NCBI GenBank assembly: GCA_965215275.1
Contig: OZ244044.1
Coordinates: 672,001 to 736,000 of the forward strand
Origin: Thermodesulfobacteriota bacterium
Lineage (GTDB): Bacteria > Desulfobacterota_D > UBA1144 > Nemesobacterales > JAJCZQ01
Direction: 5' to 3'
DNA length: 64,000 nucleotides
Below, in pieces: positions 33,365 to 43,929 of the stretch. A model generated the notes under the pieces. It was not told where the DNA came from and ran no database searches. It saw only the letters and a program-made list of their open reading frames with translations. The position numbers were made by a program, and so were the translations under genes. Position 1 is the first letter of the stretch. The number at the start of each line of letters is the position of its first letter.

Positions 33365-33461
33365 CGCTCTGAAGCTATCACAATGCGGACATCGTGTGGT
33401 TTACCTTTCCATCCCTCCACCTAACAACGAAATCTATCACTGAAACTTCATCAGGGATCTG
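33365..33461 (-). pseudogene. Relic of an IS1595 transposase N-terminus
   Basis: Hand translation gives QIPDEVSVIDFVVRWRDGK and, after a frameshift, RCPHCDS; compare FSDEDKAIEYLESRRWKNGVFCPECG in the intact transposase. Confidence 0.5.
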
Positions 33462-33610
33462 TTATATAAGATACAGGTGAAAACATATCATAAAACAGTA
33501 ATTTTGTCAATAAAAACTTAATTAATTCAGTAAGTTATATCAAAAATAAAAGTATTTACGACAGTCAGTTATACTTTCAGGGTAATTTTATATAATTCAC
33601 TGATCCGAAT

Positions 33611-35350
33611 ATGAGCGTAAGAATAGCTTTGGCTCAAATCAACTGCTGTGTGGGCGATATACACGGGAACGTGGACAGGATGATCGCTCACATTAAAGAA
33701 GCTCAGAAAGCCGGTGCAGACATCATCGTTTTTCCCGAACTGACTATCACTGGGTATCCGCCAGAAGACCTCTTGTTAAAAAAAAGCTTCATTAAAGACA
33801 ATAAAGACGCAATCAACGAGATCAAAGAGGCTTCAGGGTCGATTATCACGATCGCCGGATTTGTTGAATCCAGCGGCAATATTTACAACGCGGCGGCTGT
33901 AATTCAAAACGGCGAGGTCGCCGACGTGTACAGAAAGTCACGCCTTCCCAATTACGGAGTATTCGATGAGGACAGATATTTCAAATCCGGAAGTGAGGTC
34001 AGTGTTTACAGATATGGTAAACTGATCTTCGGAGTGAACATATGCGAGGACATATGGCATCCCGGCAACCCGGCAAAACAACAGGTACGCAGCGGCAACG
34101 CTCAGCTCATAATCAATATCTCCTCTTCACCTTATAACTTAAAAAAACCCGAAGAGAGGGAAAAAATGCTGACTAAAAGGGCTTCACGTCATGGCTGCTT
34201 TCTGGCCTTCTGTAACCTCGTTGGAGGACAGGACGAACTGGTATTTGACGGGAACAGCTGCGTGATAAGTGATACGGGAGAGGTTATTTCACGTGCCGCA
34301 CAGTTTCAAGAAGACCTGCTCGTAACCGACCTTGATATAAAAAGACCTTCCAGGAAGAACGGCAGGGATACCAAAGCACAAAAGATGCCGTCAAAACATA
34401 AGACAGTAAGGTCAGTGGAACTTAAGCCACCAGCAAACAGAACGAGAAGACCCGTATTACCCAGAAAGAACGAGTTTAAAAGTGAAGAGCAGGAGGTCTT
34501 TGACGCACTTGTACTGGGTACAAGGGACTATGTGATGAAGAACGGCTTTAAAAAGACCGTGATCGGGATCAGTGGAGGAATAGACTCATCTCTCGTTGCC
34601 GTCATTGCCACCGAGGCACTTGGTGCCGGGAACCTGCTTGGGATTATAATGCCTTCTGAATACAGTTCGAAAGGGAGCGTGGAGGATTCTCTGATACTGG
34701 CTGCAAACCTCGGAATTGAAACACGGAACATCCCTATAAGTAAGATATTCAGTTCATACCTTAAAAGCCTTGAAGTCCACTTCGAAGGTAAACCCGCCAA
34801 CGAAGCCGAGGAGAACATCCAGGCACGCATAAGGGGAAACATATTAATGGCACTGTCCAATAAGTTCGGCTATCTGGTCTTAAGTACAGGTAACAAGAGC
34901 GAAATGAGCGTTGGGTACGGAACGCTTTACGGCGACATGGCAGGTGGCTTTGCCGTTATAAAAGATATACCGAAGATGCTCATTTACAGACTAGCAAAGT
35001 TCTACAACAGGGAAAAGGGACAGGACGTGATCCCGGTCTCGGTCATTAATAAACCTCCTTCGGCGGAGTTAAGGCCCGAGCAGAAAGACACCGACTCCTT
35101 ACCCCCGTATGAACAGCTGGACAGAATACTGAAGTACTATATAGAAGACGATCTGAGCGTAAAGGAAATAATAAATAAAGGGGAAGATGAAAGTACGGTC
35201 AGGCAGGTAGCCAGAATGGTGGACCAGAACGAATACAAGCGCAGACAAAGTCCCATTGGAATTAAAATAACGGGCAAGGCGTTCGGAAAGGACCGGAGAA
35301 TGCCTGTAACGATGGGATATAACAGATCCGGTAAATCATCAATATCTTAA
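33611..35350 (+). CDS. nadE: Glutamine-dependent NAD+ synthetase
   Basis: FPELTITGYPPEDL, ICEDIW, GISGGIDS, NIQARIRG, PPSAEL. Confidence 0.97.
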   Translation: MSVRIALAQINCCVGDIHGNVDRMIAHIKEAQKAGADIIVFPELTITGYPPEDLLLKKSFIKDNKDAINEIKEASGSIITIAGFVESSGNIYNAAAVIQNGEVADVYRKSRLPNYGVFDEDRYFKSGSEVSVYRYGKLIFGVNICEDIWHPGNPAKQQVRSGNAQLIINISSSPYNLKKPEEREKMLTKRASRHGCFLAFCNLVGGQDELVFDGNSCVISDTGEVISRAAQFQEDLLVTDLDIKRPSRKNGRDTKAQKMPSKHKTVRSVELKPPANRTRRPVLPRKNEFKSEEQEVFDALVLGTRDYVMKNGFKKTVIGISGGIDSSLVAVIATEALGAGNLLGIIMPSEYSSKGSVEDSLILAANLGIETRNIPISKIFSSYLKSLEVHFEGKPANEAEENIQARIRGNILMALSNKFGYLVLSTGNKSEMSVGYGTLYGDMAGGFAVIKDIPKMLIYRLAKFYNREKGQDVIPVSVINKPPSAELRPEQKDTDSLPPYEQLDRILKYYIEDDLSVKEIINKGEDESTVRQVARMVDQNEYKRRQSPIGIKITGKAFGKDRRMPVTMGYNRSGKSSIS

Positions 35351-36555
35351 GCTTTATCTGACGTATTGTTCAGTACTGCAATACCGGGAAGTTCACTTCC
35401 ACCGAGAAACTCAAGGGAGGCACCTCCGCCAGTCGATATATGACTTACCTCAAGATCAAGCACTTCAGCGTTCCTCATCGCGGCAATACTGTCCCCTCCA
35501 CCCACGACCGTTGTAGCACCTCTCCACGTTGCAAGGGCAATTGACCTTGCAATACTGGTCGTGCCGGAAGAAAAATCCTCTATTTCGAACAGTCCCATGG
35601 GTCCGTTCCAGAATATAGTACCGTTTCCCTTTATGAACAAAGAGTAGTTATTTACGGTCTTGGGACCAATATCAAAACCCTGATAATGCTCGGGTATCTC
35701 ATTATCAATCACGATCGGGTTTTTCACGTTGTCGAAACTCTCTGAAACAATATGGTCGACCGGCAGTGATATCTTATCTCCAAAGGTCTTAAGTGCTTCC
35801 CTTGCCCAAGGCAACATCTCGTCCTCACAGATCGATTTACCGACCGAAATACCTTTCGCCTTAAGGAAAGTATAGGCAATACCACCACCTAACAGCACGT
35901 GGTCGGCTTTTTCTATAAGGTTTTTCAGTGCTCCTATCTTGTCCTTTATCTTGGCCCCTCCCACGATCACCACGTAAGGTCTCATAGGATTATCGAGCAG
36001 CGTACCTAAAAACCTTATCTCGCGGTCTACAAGAAATCCCGACAATCTCTTTTCAAAGTTGAATGCCATACCGTAAGTCGACGCATGGGCCCTGTGTGAA
36101 GTTCCAAACGCGTCATTAACGTAAATATCTGCCAACAATGACAGCTGTTTTGCAAATTCCGGGTCGTTGTTCCTTTCTTCAATGTGAAACCTGAGGTTCT
36201 CAAGGAGCATTACATCTCCGTTTTTCAGATCATCGGAGGCATCTTCGACCTCTTTTCCAATGATCTTGCCTACAAATTTCACGTCTTTTCCGAGAAACTC
36301 CGTCAGTCTCAAGGCAACGGGACGAAGGGACAGACTGGAAATATATTTCCCTTTAGGTCTGCCAAGGTGGGAAGCAAGTATAACCTTTGCACCTTTTTCA
36401 ACCAAAAAATCGATCGTGGGAATCGTCCGCCTTATCCTGTAGTCCTCGCTGATCCTGCTGTTCTTTATAGGAACGTTAAAATCAACTCTGACAAAGACCT
36501 TCTTACCCTTTATATCGGAATCCGGAAGGTCTGATATGACCGATTTAGCTATCAA
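35347..36555 (-). CDS. pgk: Phosphoglycerate kinase
   Basis: RVDFNVP, SHLGRP, LLENLRF, HISTGGGASLE. Confidence 0.97.
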   Translation of the reverse strand: MIAKSVISDLPDSDIKGKKVFVRVDFNVPIKNSRISEDYRIRRTIPTIDFLVEKGAKVILASHLGRPKGKYISSLSLRPVALRLTEFLGKDVKFVGKIIGKEVEDASDDLKNGDVMLLENLRFHIEERNNDPEFAKQLSLLADIYVNDAFGTSHRAHASTYGMAFNFEKRLSGFLVDREIRFLGTLLDNPMRPYVVIVGGAKIKDKIGALKNLIEKADHVLLGGGIAYTFLKAKGISVGKSICEDEMLPWAREALKTFGDKISLPVDHIVSESFDNVKNPIVIDNEIPEHYQGFDIGPKTVNNYSLFIKGNGTIFWNGPMGLFEIEDFSSGTTSIARSIALATWRGATTVVGGGDSIAAMRNAEVLDLEVSHISTGGGASLEFLGGSELPGIAVLNNTSDKA

Positions 36556-37559
36556 GACCGTTTTCCCACCAGTTCAATCAGGTCCACCACCCTTGCAGAA
36601 TACCCATACTCGTTGTCGTACCAGGCTATTACCTTTGCAAGCTCACCATTAACTACCGACGTGAGTTCCGAGTCATAAGAAGCAGAGTGGGTATCGGCGA
36701 TCATATCCGATGAAACAAGAGGTTCATCAATATACCTTATATACCTCTGTAAATCGCCATCTGACGCCTGCTTGAACTTCTCGTTTATTTCGTCAACGCA
36801 GCTTTCCCTGCCAAGTTCACAGGTAAAGTCAACCACAGAAACGTTTGGAGTTGGAACCCTTAAAGCAATTGCCTCAAGTTTGCCTTTCAGTTCAGGGAAC
36901 ACCAGCTGAATGGCACTTGCCGCTCCGGTACTGGTCGGGATAATGGAAAGCGCCGCCGAACGTGCTCTTCTCAGGTCCGAGTGAGGGGCATCCAGAATTC
37001 TCTGGTCATTGGTATAGGAATGAATGGTCGTCATCTGACCTTTTTTTATTCCGAAATTATCCAGAAGCACCTTAACAAGCATACTGAAACAGTTCGTAGT
37101 GCATGAGGCATTGGAGATTATATGGTCTTTATCCGGTCTGTAGTCATCGTCATTAATGCCCATAACGACCGAAAAGTCCACTTTACCTTTAGCCGGCGCC
37201 GTAATTATCACCTTCCTTACGGATCCACCAAGGTGCATGGAAGCCTGTTCCCTGGTCCTGAAAACACCCGTTGCTTCCACTACCGCTTCTGCTCCGACCC
37301 CGTCCCAGTCTATCTGCTCCGGGCTCCGGGAGGAAAATACCCTTACAGGATCGCCGTCAATAACTATATCGCTTCCATCGACCTTTACTTCTCCCTTGTA
37401 CGGACCAAACACCGAATCGTATTTAAAAAGATGTGCTAAGGTCCTCGCATCTGATACGTCATTGATACCTACGAACTTCAAACCAGGTCTCTCAAGCCCT
37501 ATCCTGAGTACGTGCCTTCCTATACGTCCAAAACCATTGATACCTACTTTCAAAGACAT
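36552..37559 (-). CDS. gap: Type I glyceraldehyde-3-phosphate dehydrogenase
   Basis: GINGFGRIGR, NASCTTNC, WYDNEYGY. Confidence 0.97.
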   Translation of the reverse strand: MSLKVGINGFGRIGRHVLRIGLERPGLKFVGINDVSDARTLAHLFKYDSVFGPYKGEVKVDGSDIVIDGDPVRVFSSRSPEQIDWDGVGAEAVVEATGVFRTREQASMHLGGSVRKVIITAPAKGKVDFSVVMGINDDDYRPDKDHIISNASCTTNCFSMLVKVLLDNFGIKKGQMTTIHSYTNDQRILDAPHSDLRRARSAALSIIPTSTGAASAIQLVFPELKGKLEAIALRVPTPNVSVVDFTCELGRESCVDEINEKFKQASDGDLQRYIRYIDEPLVSSDMIADTHSASYDSELTSVVNGELAKVIAWYDNEYGYSARVVDLIELVGKRS

Positions 37560-37704
37560 TATATTCTCCTTAAGAATAAATCTGTTATAGTACCTTTTGT
37601 CAGATGTTCAGTCAAGATATCATAGGTGCTGCCTGGGTTGCTGCACTTACATTACAATTGAAAAAGGTTGTATTTGTTCGCTTAAACGGATACTTTCAAT
37701 TACC

Positions 37705-38745
37705 ATGTCAAATATAAGAACGGCTATACTAGGTGCCAGTGGATACACGGGAGGGGAACTGATAAGGCTTCTGCTGAACCATCCCGGCGTGGAGATCCGT
37801 CACGCCACGGCAGCAAGGCACGCGGGCAAGAAACTCGTGGAGGTCTTTCCGCATTTAAGAGACCTGACAGATCTGGACCTGGAAAAACTGAGCCCCGAAA
37901 AAATAGCAGATAACGTGGATGTTGTATTTGCGTCACTGCCGCACGGAGCATCGGCCGAGGTCGTGGCTTACCTGTATAAAAAAGGCCTGAAGATAGTTGA
38001 TCTTGGAGCGGACTTCAGAATAAGTGAAGAAAACTACAATAAGTGGTACAGCAGGCACCCTTGCCCATCGTTTATAGAAAGTGCAGTGTATGGAATTTCA
38101 GAGCTCTACAGGGACGAGATAGCAAAGTCACAACTGGTTGCCAATCCCGGATGCTATCCGACGTCCACGATCCTGCCTCTGGCCCCGCTTATAAAAAAAG
38201 GGATCATCAGGGAAGATAACATAATTATAGATTCAAAGTCAGGCGCTTCGGGTGCAGGAAGAACGCCTTCTCTGGATCTTCATTTCTGTGAAGTGGATGA
38301 AGTGCTTAAGGCATATAAGGTAGGTGCTCACAGACATTCTCCCGAGATCGAACAGCATTTATCCAGTTACTGTAAAAAGAAGACGGAGGTGATCTTCACC
38401 CCTCATCTGCTTCCGATCAGCAGAGGGATCCTGTCAACGATATACGTAAGCACCAACGGAAGCTACTCCACTTCCGACCTGATAGGGATATTAAAACAGT
38501 TCTATCACGGTTCATACTTTATCAGAATTTACGACGAAGGGCACTTCCCGAGCATTTCGTCCATAAAAGGTTCCAATTACTGCGACATAGGGGTTGTATC
38601 CAATCCTGATAAAAAGACCGCCATTCTGGTCTCCGTGATAGATAACCTCGTAAAAGGAGCCTCAGGACAGGCTGTCCAGAACATGAACATTATGATGGGA
38701 CTGCCTGAAAGCACGGGACTGAAGCTGAACCCAGTGTTTCCATGA
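37705..38745 (+). CDS. argC: N-acetyl-gamma-glutamyl-phosphate reductase
   Basis: GASGYTGGEL, ANPGCYPT, DNLVKGASGQA; start moved to ATG 37705 (MSNIRTAI). Confidence 0.95.
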   Translation: MSNIRTAILGASGYTGGELIRLLLNHPGVEIRHATAARHAGKKLVEVFPHLRDLTDLDLEKLSPEKIADNVDVVFASLPHGASAEVVAYLYKKGLKIVDLGADFRISEENYNKWYSRHPCPSFIESAVYGISELYRDEIAKSQLVANPGCYPTSTILPLAPLIKKGIIREDNIIIDSKSGASGAGRTPSLDLHFCEVDEVLKAYKVGAHRHSPEIEQHLSSYCKKKTEVIFTPHLLPISRGILSTIYVSTNGSYSTSDLIGILKQFYHGSYFIRIYDEGHFPSISSIKGSNYCDIGVVSNPDKKTAILVSVIDNLVKGASGQAVQNMNIMMGLPESTGLKLNPVFP

Positions 38746-38818
38746 TGAACGGGACTGACGGCGGTCGTTCAGAAAGTAACTGAACGTTTCAGGACAGCGG
38801 CTTTACCTATAAACCGCG

Positions 38819-39967
38819 TCAGATGCGCGTGTTTCTGATCCTTTCCACTATGCCTGGCAGTACCGAGATGATCCTTTCCACGTCCTTTTCTTCTGAAAAC
38901 CGTCCAAAGCTCAGCCTGAGCGATGAAGCTGCCTGCCTGCTGCTCAGTCCCATAGCAAGAAGCACATGGGACGGCTCCACGTTCCCCTCGGAGCATGCCG
39001 AACCGGTCGAGCACGAAATACCTTCAAGATCAAGATTTACTACAAGCGATTCCCCTTCAACGTCGTCAAAGCTGAAATTAAGCGTGTTTGAAAGACGCTT
39101 TGCACCAGCCCCATTTATCCTGACGCCTTTTATACTTTCAAGTACCCGGCTCTGAAGCGTCTTTGTCAGTTCGCTCACCCTGCGGTCCTCGTGTACGAGC
39201 AGATCAGAGGCCAGTTCACATGCCTTGCCAAACCCCACCACTGCTGGAACGTTCTCAGTGCCGGACCTCCTTCCTCTCTCCTGCCCGCCGCCGTGCAGCA
39301 GTACCGAAGGGTCCAGTCCGGTCCTTATATACGCCGCCCCGACGCCTTTAGGACCGTATACCTTGTGAGAAGAGAACGACGCGGCGTCCACCGGCAGCTT
39401 CTGAACGTCCAGCGGTAACTTGCCCAGGACCTGAACCGTATCGGTATGCAGGATTATTCCATGCTCCTTTGATATCCGGCTTATCTTTTCGATCGGACTT
39501 ATTACTCCCGTCTCGTTATTTGCAAAAATACAGGTTATCAGCACGGTCTTTTCCGAAATGGACCCCTCAAGTTCATCAAGGTCAACGACCCCGTCTTTAT
39601 CAACGCCTGTATAAGTGACTTCAAATCCGAGCTTTTCCATGTACTTCAGCGTTGCCAGCGTAGAGGCATGCTCCACCTGGGTGGAAATTATATGATTTCC
39701 CTTTTCCTTCACTGACATTGCCAGTCCTCTGATCAGGTAGTTATTGCATTCACTGCCTCCACTGGTAAAAACGATCTCCCGTGGTCTGACGTTGATCAGT
39801 CCTGCCACTTTTTCCCTTGATACGTCAAGTGCGGCCTTTGCCTCGTTCCCCATTGAATGAATGCTTGAAGGGTTCCCGTAGTTATAATGAAAATAAGGAA
39901 GCATTTCATCTATAACCCTCTGGTCGACCGGGGTGGTTGCGTTGTAATCACAATATGCTCTGTCCAT
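38819..39967 (-). CDS. Cysteine desulfurase (IscS/NifS family)
   Basis: DYNATTP, GNPSS, SSHKVYGPKG, STGSACS. Confidence 0.93.
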   Translation of the reverse strand: MDRAYCDYNATTPVDQRVIDEMLPYFHYNYGNPSSIHSMGNEAKAALDVSREKVAGLINVRPREIVFTSGGSECNNYLIRGLAMSVKEKGNHIISTQVEHASTLATLKYMEKLGFEVTYTGVDKDGVVDLDELEGSISEKTVLITCIFANNETGVISPIEKISRISKEHGIILHTDTVQVLGKLPLDVQKLPVDAASFSSHKVYGPKGVGAAYIRTGLDPSVLLHGGGQERGRRSGTENVPAVVGFGKACELASDLLVHEDRRVSELTKTLQSRVLESIKGVRINGAGAKRLSNTLNFSFDDVEGESLVVNLDLEGISCSTGSACSEGNVEPSHVLLAMGLSSRQAASSLRLSFGRFSEEKDVERIISVLPGIVERIRNTRI

Positions 39968-39973
39968 TGGAGC

Positions 39974-40657
39974 CTATGACAACAGGTCGGGTTTGTCCGT
40001 AATAATACCTCTTATACCTAATTTTTTCATCTTCAGGGCAAGTTCCTTTTCATTGACCGTCCAGGCAAACAGTTCTAACTTCATGTCCCGGACCTTCTTA
40101 ACCAGCCCGGAGGTTATGAAATACCGAAAGACCGCGACCATATCCGCATTACAGAACTTACAGTCCCTGTATATATTAAAGGGAAAGAACTTTATTAAAC
40201 CAGTGAGAACGGCCGGTTCCAGATGCTTGACCCTTTTCAGTATTCTCTTGTGAAACGAAACGATAAAGACGTCATTGATAACTTTGTACCTGTGAACAAT
40301 GTCCAGGATCTTGTCCTCGGAGTTGTGTTCCTTCAGTTCTATCACAAATTTTGTGCCGGCAAATCCCGATATTACTTCCTCCACCGTCGGTATTTTCTCC
40401 CCACTGCCCGCGTCAAGTTCCCTCAGCTCTTCCAGCGTTTTATCCCTTACGTATCCCTTTCCGTTCGTCGTTCTGTTCACTCTGCTGTCATGCATGACCA
40501 CAAGTTCACCGTCAAGGCTGGTCCGAACGTCGAACTCTATCACCGGTGCACCAAGTGCAACGGCCTTTCTGAACGATGAAATGGTATTTTCAGGCTCATA
40601 TCCACTTGCACCGCGGTGTGATATTATTATAAACTCTTCTTCTTCAGCATCCGACAT
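39974..40657 (-). CDS. Glycerophosphodiester phosphodiesterase
   Basis: SHRGASGYEPENT, EFDV, HD, WTVN, GIITDKP. Confidence 0.92.
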   Translation of the reverse strand: MSDAEEEEFIIISHRGASGYEPENTISSFRKAVALGAPVIEFDVRTSLDGELVVMHDSRVNRTTNGKGYVRDKTLEELRELDAGSGEKIPTVEEVISGFAGTKFVIELKEHNSEDKILDIVHRYKVINDVFIVSFHKRILKRVKHLEPAVLTGLIKFFPFNIYRDCKFCNADMVAVFRYFITSGLVKKVRDMKLELFAWTVNEKELALKMKKLGIRGIITDKPDLLS

Positions 40658-40716
40658 TATTTAAAAATATACACATCAATTGCAATAAATCGTAGAGATT
40701 GTAGAATGGTTCAGAG

Positions 40717-41595
40717 ATGAGATCACACATGCGGCACTACGTTCTGCTGGTTCGTCCGGAACACTGGGTAAAGAACTGTCTGGTTATCGCCCCATCGTTT
40801 TTTGCCGGGATTTTATTTGAGAACCTGAACAATCTCCTTGTGGGTCTGACCGCTTTTTTCTCTTTCTCCTTTATCGCTTCGGTGGGATACATACTTAACG
40901 ACCTCGCCGACAGGGAATCTGACAGGAACCATACGGTCAAGAAGAACAGACCTATCGCGTCTGGAAAGATACAGACTGCCGCCGCGATCATTGCTGCAAT
41001 GCTGCTTCTGGCCCTGGGAATGTTCATGGCGTTCAAGATCAATCTGTCCTACGTACTGATGCTCGTCTGTTATCTTGTGGTTTCCTCGTTTTACACTTTA
41101 CTGCTGAAAAATATCGTTATAATAGAGCTTTTTTTCATATCTTTCGGATTTCTGCTCAGAATATTTGCAGGAGGTATCAGTTGCAATATACCCATCTCCG
41201 GCTGGTTTTTACTGTTAACCCTTTTTCTATCCCTGCTTCTTGCGTTCGGCAAAAGAAGAACTGAACTTAACGCGGTCAACAAAGGAGCAAATTTCAAAAA
41301 GGTCCTTAGTAACTACAACACCTCATTTCTGGACAGTGGCGTGCTTATCTTCTCCACTATGTCCATTATTGTCTATTCGTTATATCTGGTCTACAGGGGC
41401 ATGGATGAGATGTTATTTACAATACCACTTGTCTGCTTCGGTATATTACGATACATCTACCTTATTAACGTAAAGTCCAAAGGGGAACCAACTGATGCAC
41501 TGCTGAACGATATCTGGCTGCTGTCCTGTGTTGTCTTGTGGCTGGTTACCAACGGAATTATCATATACTTCTTTGACAATAAGGGATTCGTTTAA
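40717..41595 (+). CDS. UbiA-family decaprenyl-phosphate phosphoribosyltransferase-like protein
   Basis: RPEHWVKN, YILNDLADRESDRNH..KNRPIASG, KRRTEL. Confidence 0.85.
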   Translation: MRSHMRHYVLLVRPEHWVKNCLVIAPSFFAGILFENLNNLLVGLTAFFSFSFIASVGYILNDLADRESDRNHTVKKNRPIASGKIQTAAAIIAAMLLLALGMFMAFKINLSYVLMLVCYLVVSSFYTLLLKNIVIIELFFISFGFLLRIFAGGISCNIPISGWFLLLTLFLSLLLAFGKRRTELNAVNKGANFKKVLSNYNTSFLDSGVLIFSTMSIIVYSLYLVYRGMDEMLFTIPLVCFGILRYIYLINVKSKGEPTDALLNDIWLLSCVVLWLVTNGIIIYFFDNKGFV

Positions 41596-41783
41596 CAAAG
41601 CATCATTGATCTTCCACTTCATCACGTCTCTTACTTCTTTTACGGCCTGCTCCGGTCCGTCCAGTTTGTTATCGGACGGGAAAAATCATTTCATTCCATA
41701 TAAAGGAATTTACCAAGGAAAAATTTAAGAAAGAGAGTAAGAAAAGCAGTACAGGAATTACCATGCGTTGAGGTGTGTCATAT

Positions 41784-42575
41784 CTATCTGAAAAGGTCCT
41801 CTCCTGGATTTCTGATCAATGCTTTTGAACCTTTACTGCTTCTTTTATACTTCAGTCCTTTAACTATTATCAAAGGCGTCTTACTGTTCTTTCCCATAAG
41901 TAATCCTGCAGCCGCTGCCACCTGGTCCGCAGTCGCCATTACGGTAGCATTAAGGGTAAAGCCCCCGGAGTCCTTGACGCCTCTCTGATCATCCAGGACC
42001 TTTATTCCTGCACACCCGATCGCAATATCAACAAGTCCGTCCCTCCAGGGTCTGCCCACGGTATCCGTGATGATGACCGCAACCCTCTTCTGTATCTTCC
42101 TTTTTATGTAATCTTTGATCTTTCTTGCAGATCTGTCAGGGTCCAGAGGCAGCAGAGTTACACAGTTACCTCCGGATACGTTTGATGTGTCAACACCGGC
42201 ATTTGCAAGTATCAGGCCGTTTCTGGTTTCAACTATCAATCTTCCCTTATCTTTTTTTCTCAGGTCCATACGGATTATCTTGTGAGTTTCTGAAAGGATA
42301 ACCTCAACCAGCCTTGGGTCTTTTGCAACTTCCTTACCCACGGTCTTGGAGAATTCCGACGGCTGGATATTTTTTAGGTCAACTATACGGTCTTCCGCCT
42401 TGGACACTATTTTTTGTGCCACCAGTACTATGTCGTCGTTATCTATATCAATATTATCTTCCAGTACAGAATTAACTATGGTCCCTGGCAGATCATCCCC
42501 GGCATTTATCTCAGGAAAGTTATTTATGGCAACTATATTAACGGAGTCCGTTCTGGAAAGCATCGTATGGTCCAC
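41784..42575 (-). CDS. cofE: Coenzyme F420-0:L-glutamate ligase
   Basis: QKIVSKAE, ANAGVDTSN, LLPLDPDRSA, IITDTVGRPWR. Confidence 0.9.
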   Translation of the reverse strand: MDHTMLSRTDSVNIVAINNFPEINAGDDLPGTIVNSVLEDNIDIDNDDIVLVAQKIVSKAEDRIVDLKNIQPSEFSKTVGKEVAKDPRLVEVILSETHKIIRMDLRKKDKGRLIVETRNGLILANAGVDTSNVSGGNCVTLLPLDPDRSARKIKDYIKRKIQKRVAVIITDTVGRPWRDGLVDIAIGCAGIKVLDDQRGVKDSGGFTLNATVMATADQVAAAAGLLMGKNSKTPLIIVKGLKYKRSSKGSKALIRNPGEDLFR

Positions 42576-42699
42576 ACCTGCTGCAGAACAAAGATTATAA
42601 ATACAATTTATGGTTTTGAAATATAAAATGTTAGGGGACTATATACTTAAGTATCCAAACTACTTAAAAAAAGCAAGGGAATAAGGTAAAATTACAAAT

Positions 42700-43902
42700 A
42701 TGAAAGAAGGTAAGACAATAAGAACGGTAAGGCAGAGGTTGAGATCAAACAACAGGAAAAAGTTTCATAAACTTTCCTCTACTGCTGGCTGTTGCAGGTT
42801 TGTATGGAATCACTTTACAGGGATTTTAAGGGATAACGATTTTAATGATGGTTATGGTCATGAGAGTTTAGGGAATTTTTTAAGAGAGTTTAAGAAAGAA
42901 GAAAAGAACTACTTTCTGAAAGAAGCATCTGCTTACATACTTCAGCATTATTTACTGGACCTTACAAATGCCTGTAAGAGATACAGGGATGGAAAATCGG
43001 GACAACCTAAATTCAAGAGTAAATTAAAAACTACTCCTTCGTTTCCGGTAAATTATCAGTCAGCTAAACTGTCAGACAATAACTGGGTCCGTATTTTAAA
43101 GGTTGGATGGTTCAGGTTGGCAGGTAAGAATCCTTATCCTGATGGAAAGTTCCTTTCTGGCAGGATCAAGAAGGAATGCGGTAAGTGGTATGCGTACCTT
43201 AGCTATGAGATAGATGAAACTAAAAAGGAAAAGAAAGAAGTAAGAGTTGTAGCAATGGACAGGAATTCAAGACAGGTTACGCTGTCTGACGGACAGGTTT
43301 TTAAGTTATCTGATGATGAACTTACAGAAGCAAAGATACGCAGATACCAAAAGAAACTTGCACGTCAGGAAGAGGGAAGTAACAGGTGGAGAATTACTAA
43401 GGAAAGGTTGCAGAAACTTCACAGGAAGCTGGCAAACAGACAGAAGGACTGGAGACATCAGGTTACAAGAAAGATCTCCGATCTTTATGACGTTCCTGTA
43501 CTTGAGAGACTTAATACACAAGGGATGACAGCCAGAAAGAAATGGAAGAACTTTCGCAAGATGAACAGGAACATTCGTGCTACTGGCTGGTTTGATATGA
43601 AAAGGATGCTGGATTATAAGTGTAATGCTACTGAAGAAGTTCCAGCACCATATACCAGTCAAACCTGTTCTGAATGCGGACACAGATCTCCTGACAACAG
43701 AAGATCGCAATCCAGATTTAAGTGTATATCTTGCGGTTATGAAGTTAATGCTGACTTAAATGCTGCATTTAACCAGCTTGAAACTGGAATAAAACAAATT
43801 ATAGCCTCAGGGAAAGGGGTGATTGGACGGGGAGACTGCAGAGGGGTTGGGGACAGGAACTGGTCTATGACTCGTCAAAGAGAACTTTTAGTATCTGTTT
43901 AG
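42700..43902 (+). CDS. tnpB: RNA-guided endonuclease TnpB
   Basis: GCCRFVWN, PKFKSK, RuvC I VAMDRN, RuvC II VLERL, TSQTCSECG..CISCG, RuvC III NADLNAA. Confidence 0.93.
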   Translation: MKEGKTIRTVRQRLRSNNRKKFHKLSSTAGCCRFVWNHFTGILRDNDFNDGYGHESLGNFLREFKKEEKNYFLKEASAYILQHYLLDLTNACKRYRDGKSGQPKFKSKLKTTPSFPVNYQSAKLSDNNWVRILKVGWFRLAGKNPYPDGKFLSGRIKKECGKWYAYLSYEIDETKKEKKEVRVVAMDRNSRQVTLSDGQVFKLSDDELTEAKIRRYQKKLARQEEGSNRWRITKERLQKLHRKLANRQKDWRHQVTRKISDLYDVPVLERLNTQGMTARKKWKNFRKMNRNIRATGWFDMKRMLDYKCNATEEVPAPYTSQTCSECGHRSPDNRRSQSRFKCISCGYEVNADLNAAFNQLETGIKQIIASGKGVIGRGDCRGVGDRNWSMTRQRELLVSV

Positions 43903-43929
43903 TTTTGGCTACTTAAGTATATAGTTCCC
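43800..43929 (+). ncRNA. Candidate omegaRNA scaffold overlapping the tnpB 3' end
   Basis: G-rich tail after RuvC III with pairable arms gcctc/ggggt, ttggacggg/ctcgtcaa and agact/ggtct; position typical of TnpB RNAs. Confidence 0.5.

Larger units (their letters stand above)
42634..43929 (+). mobile_element. Transposase-less element with IS1595-type inverted repeats, carrying only tnpB
   Basis: Ends ggggactatatacttaagtatccaaa and rc gggaactatatacttaagtagccaaa (24/26); perfect 8-bp TSD aaatgtta at 42626-42633 and 43930-43937. Confidence 0.9.

Noticed and set aside
37597..37704. Cys-rich N-terminal extension of ArgC
   Set aside because: Artefact of an upstream TTG in the divergent gap/argC promoter region; the recognisable protein starts at ATG 37705.
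42634..43929. Ordinary IS605/IS1341 or IS607 element
   Set aside because: No tnpA or serine recombinase, and the boundaries are inverted repeats with an 8-bp TSD, which those families do not make.
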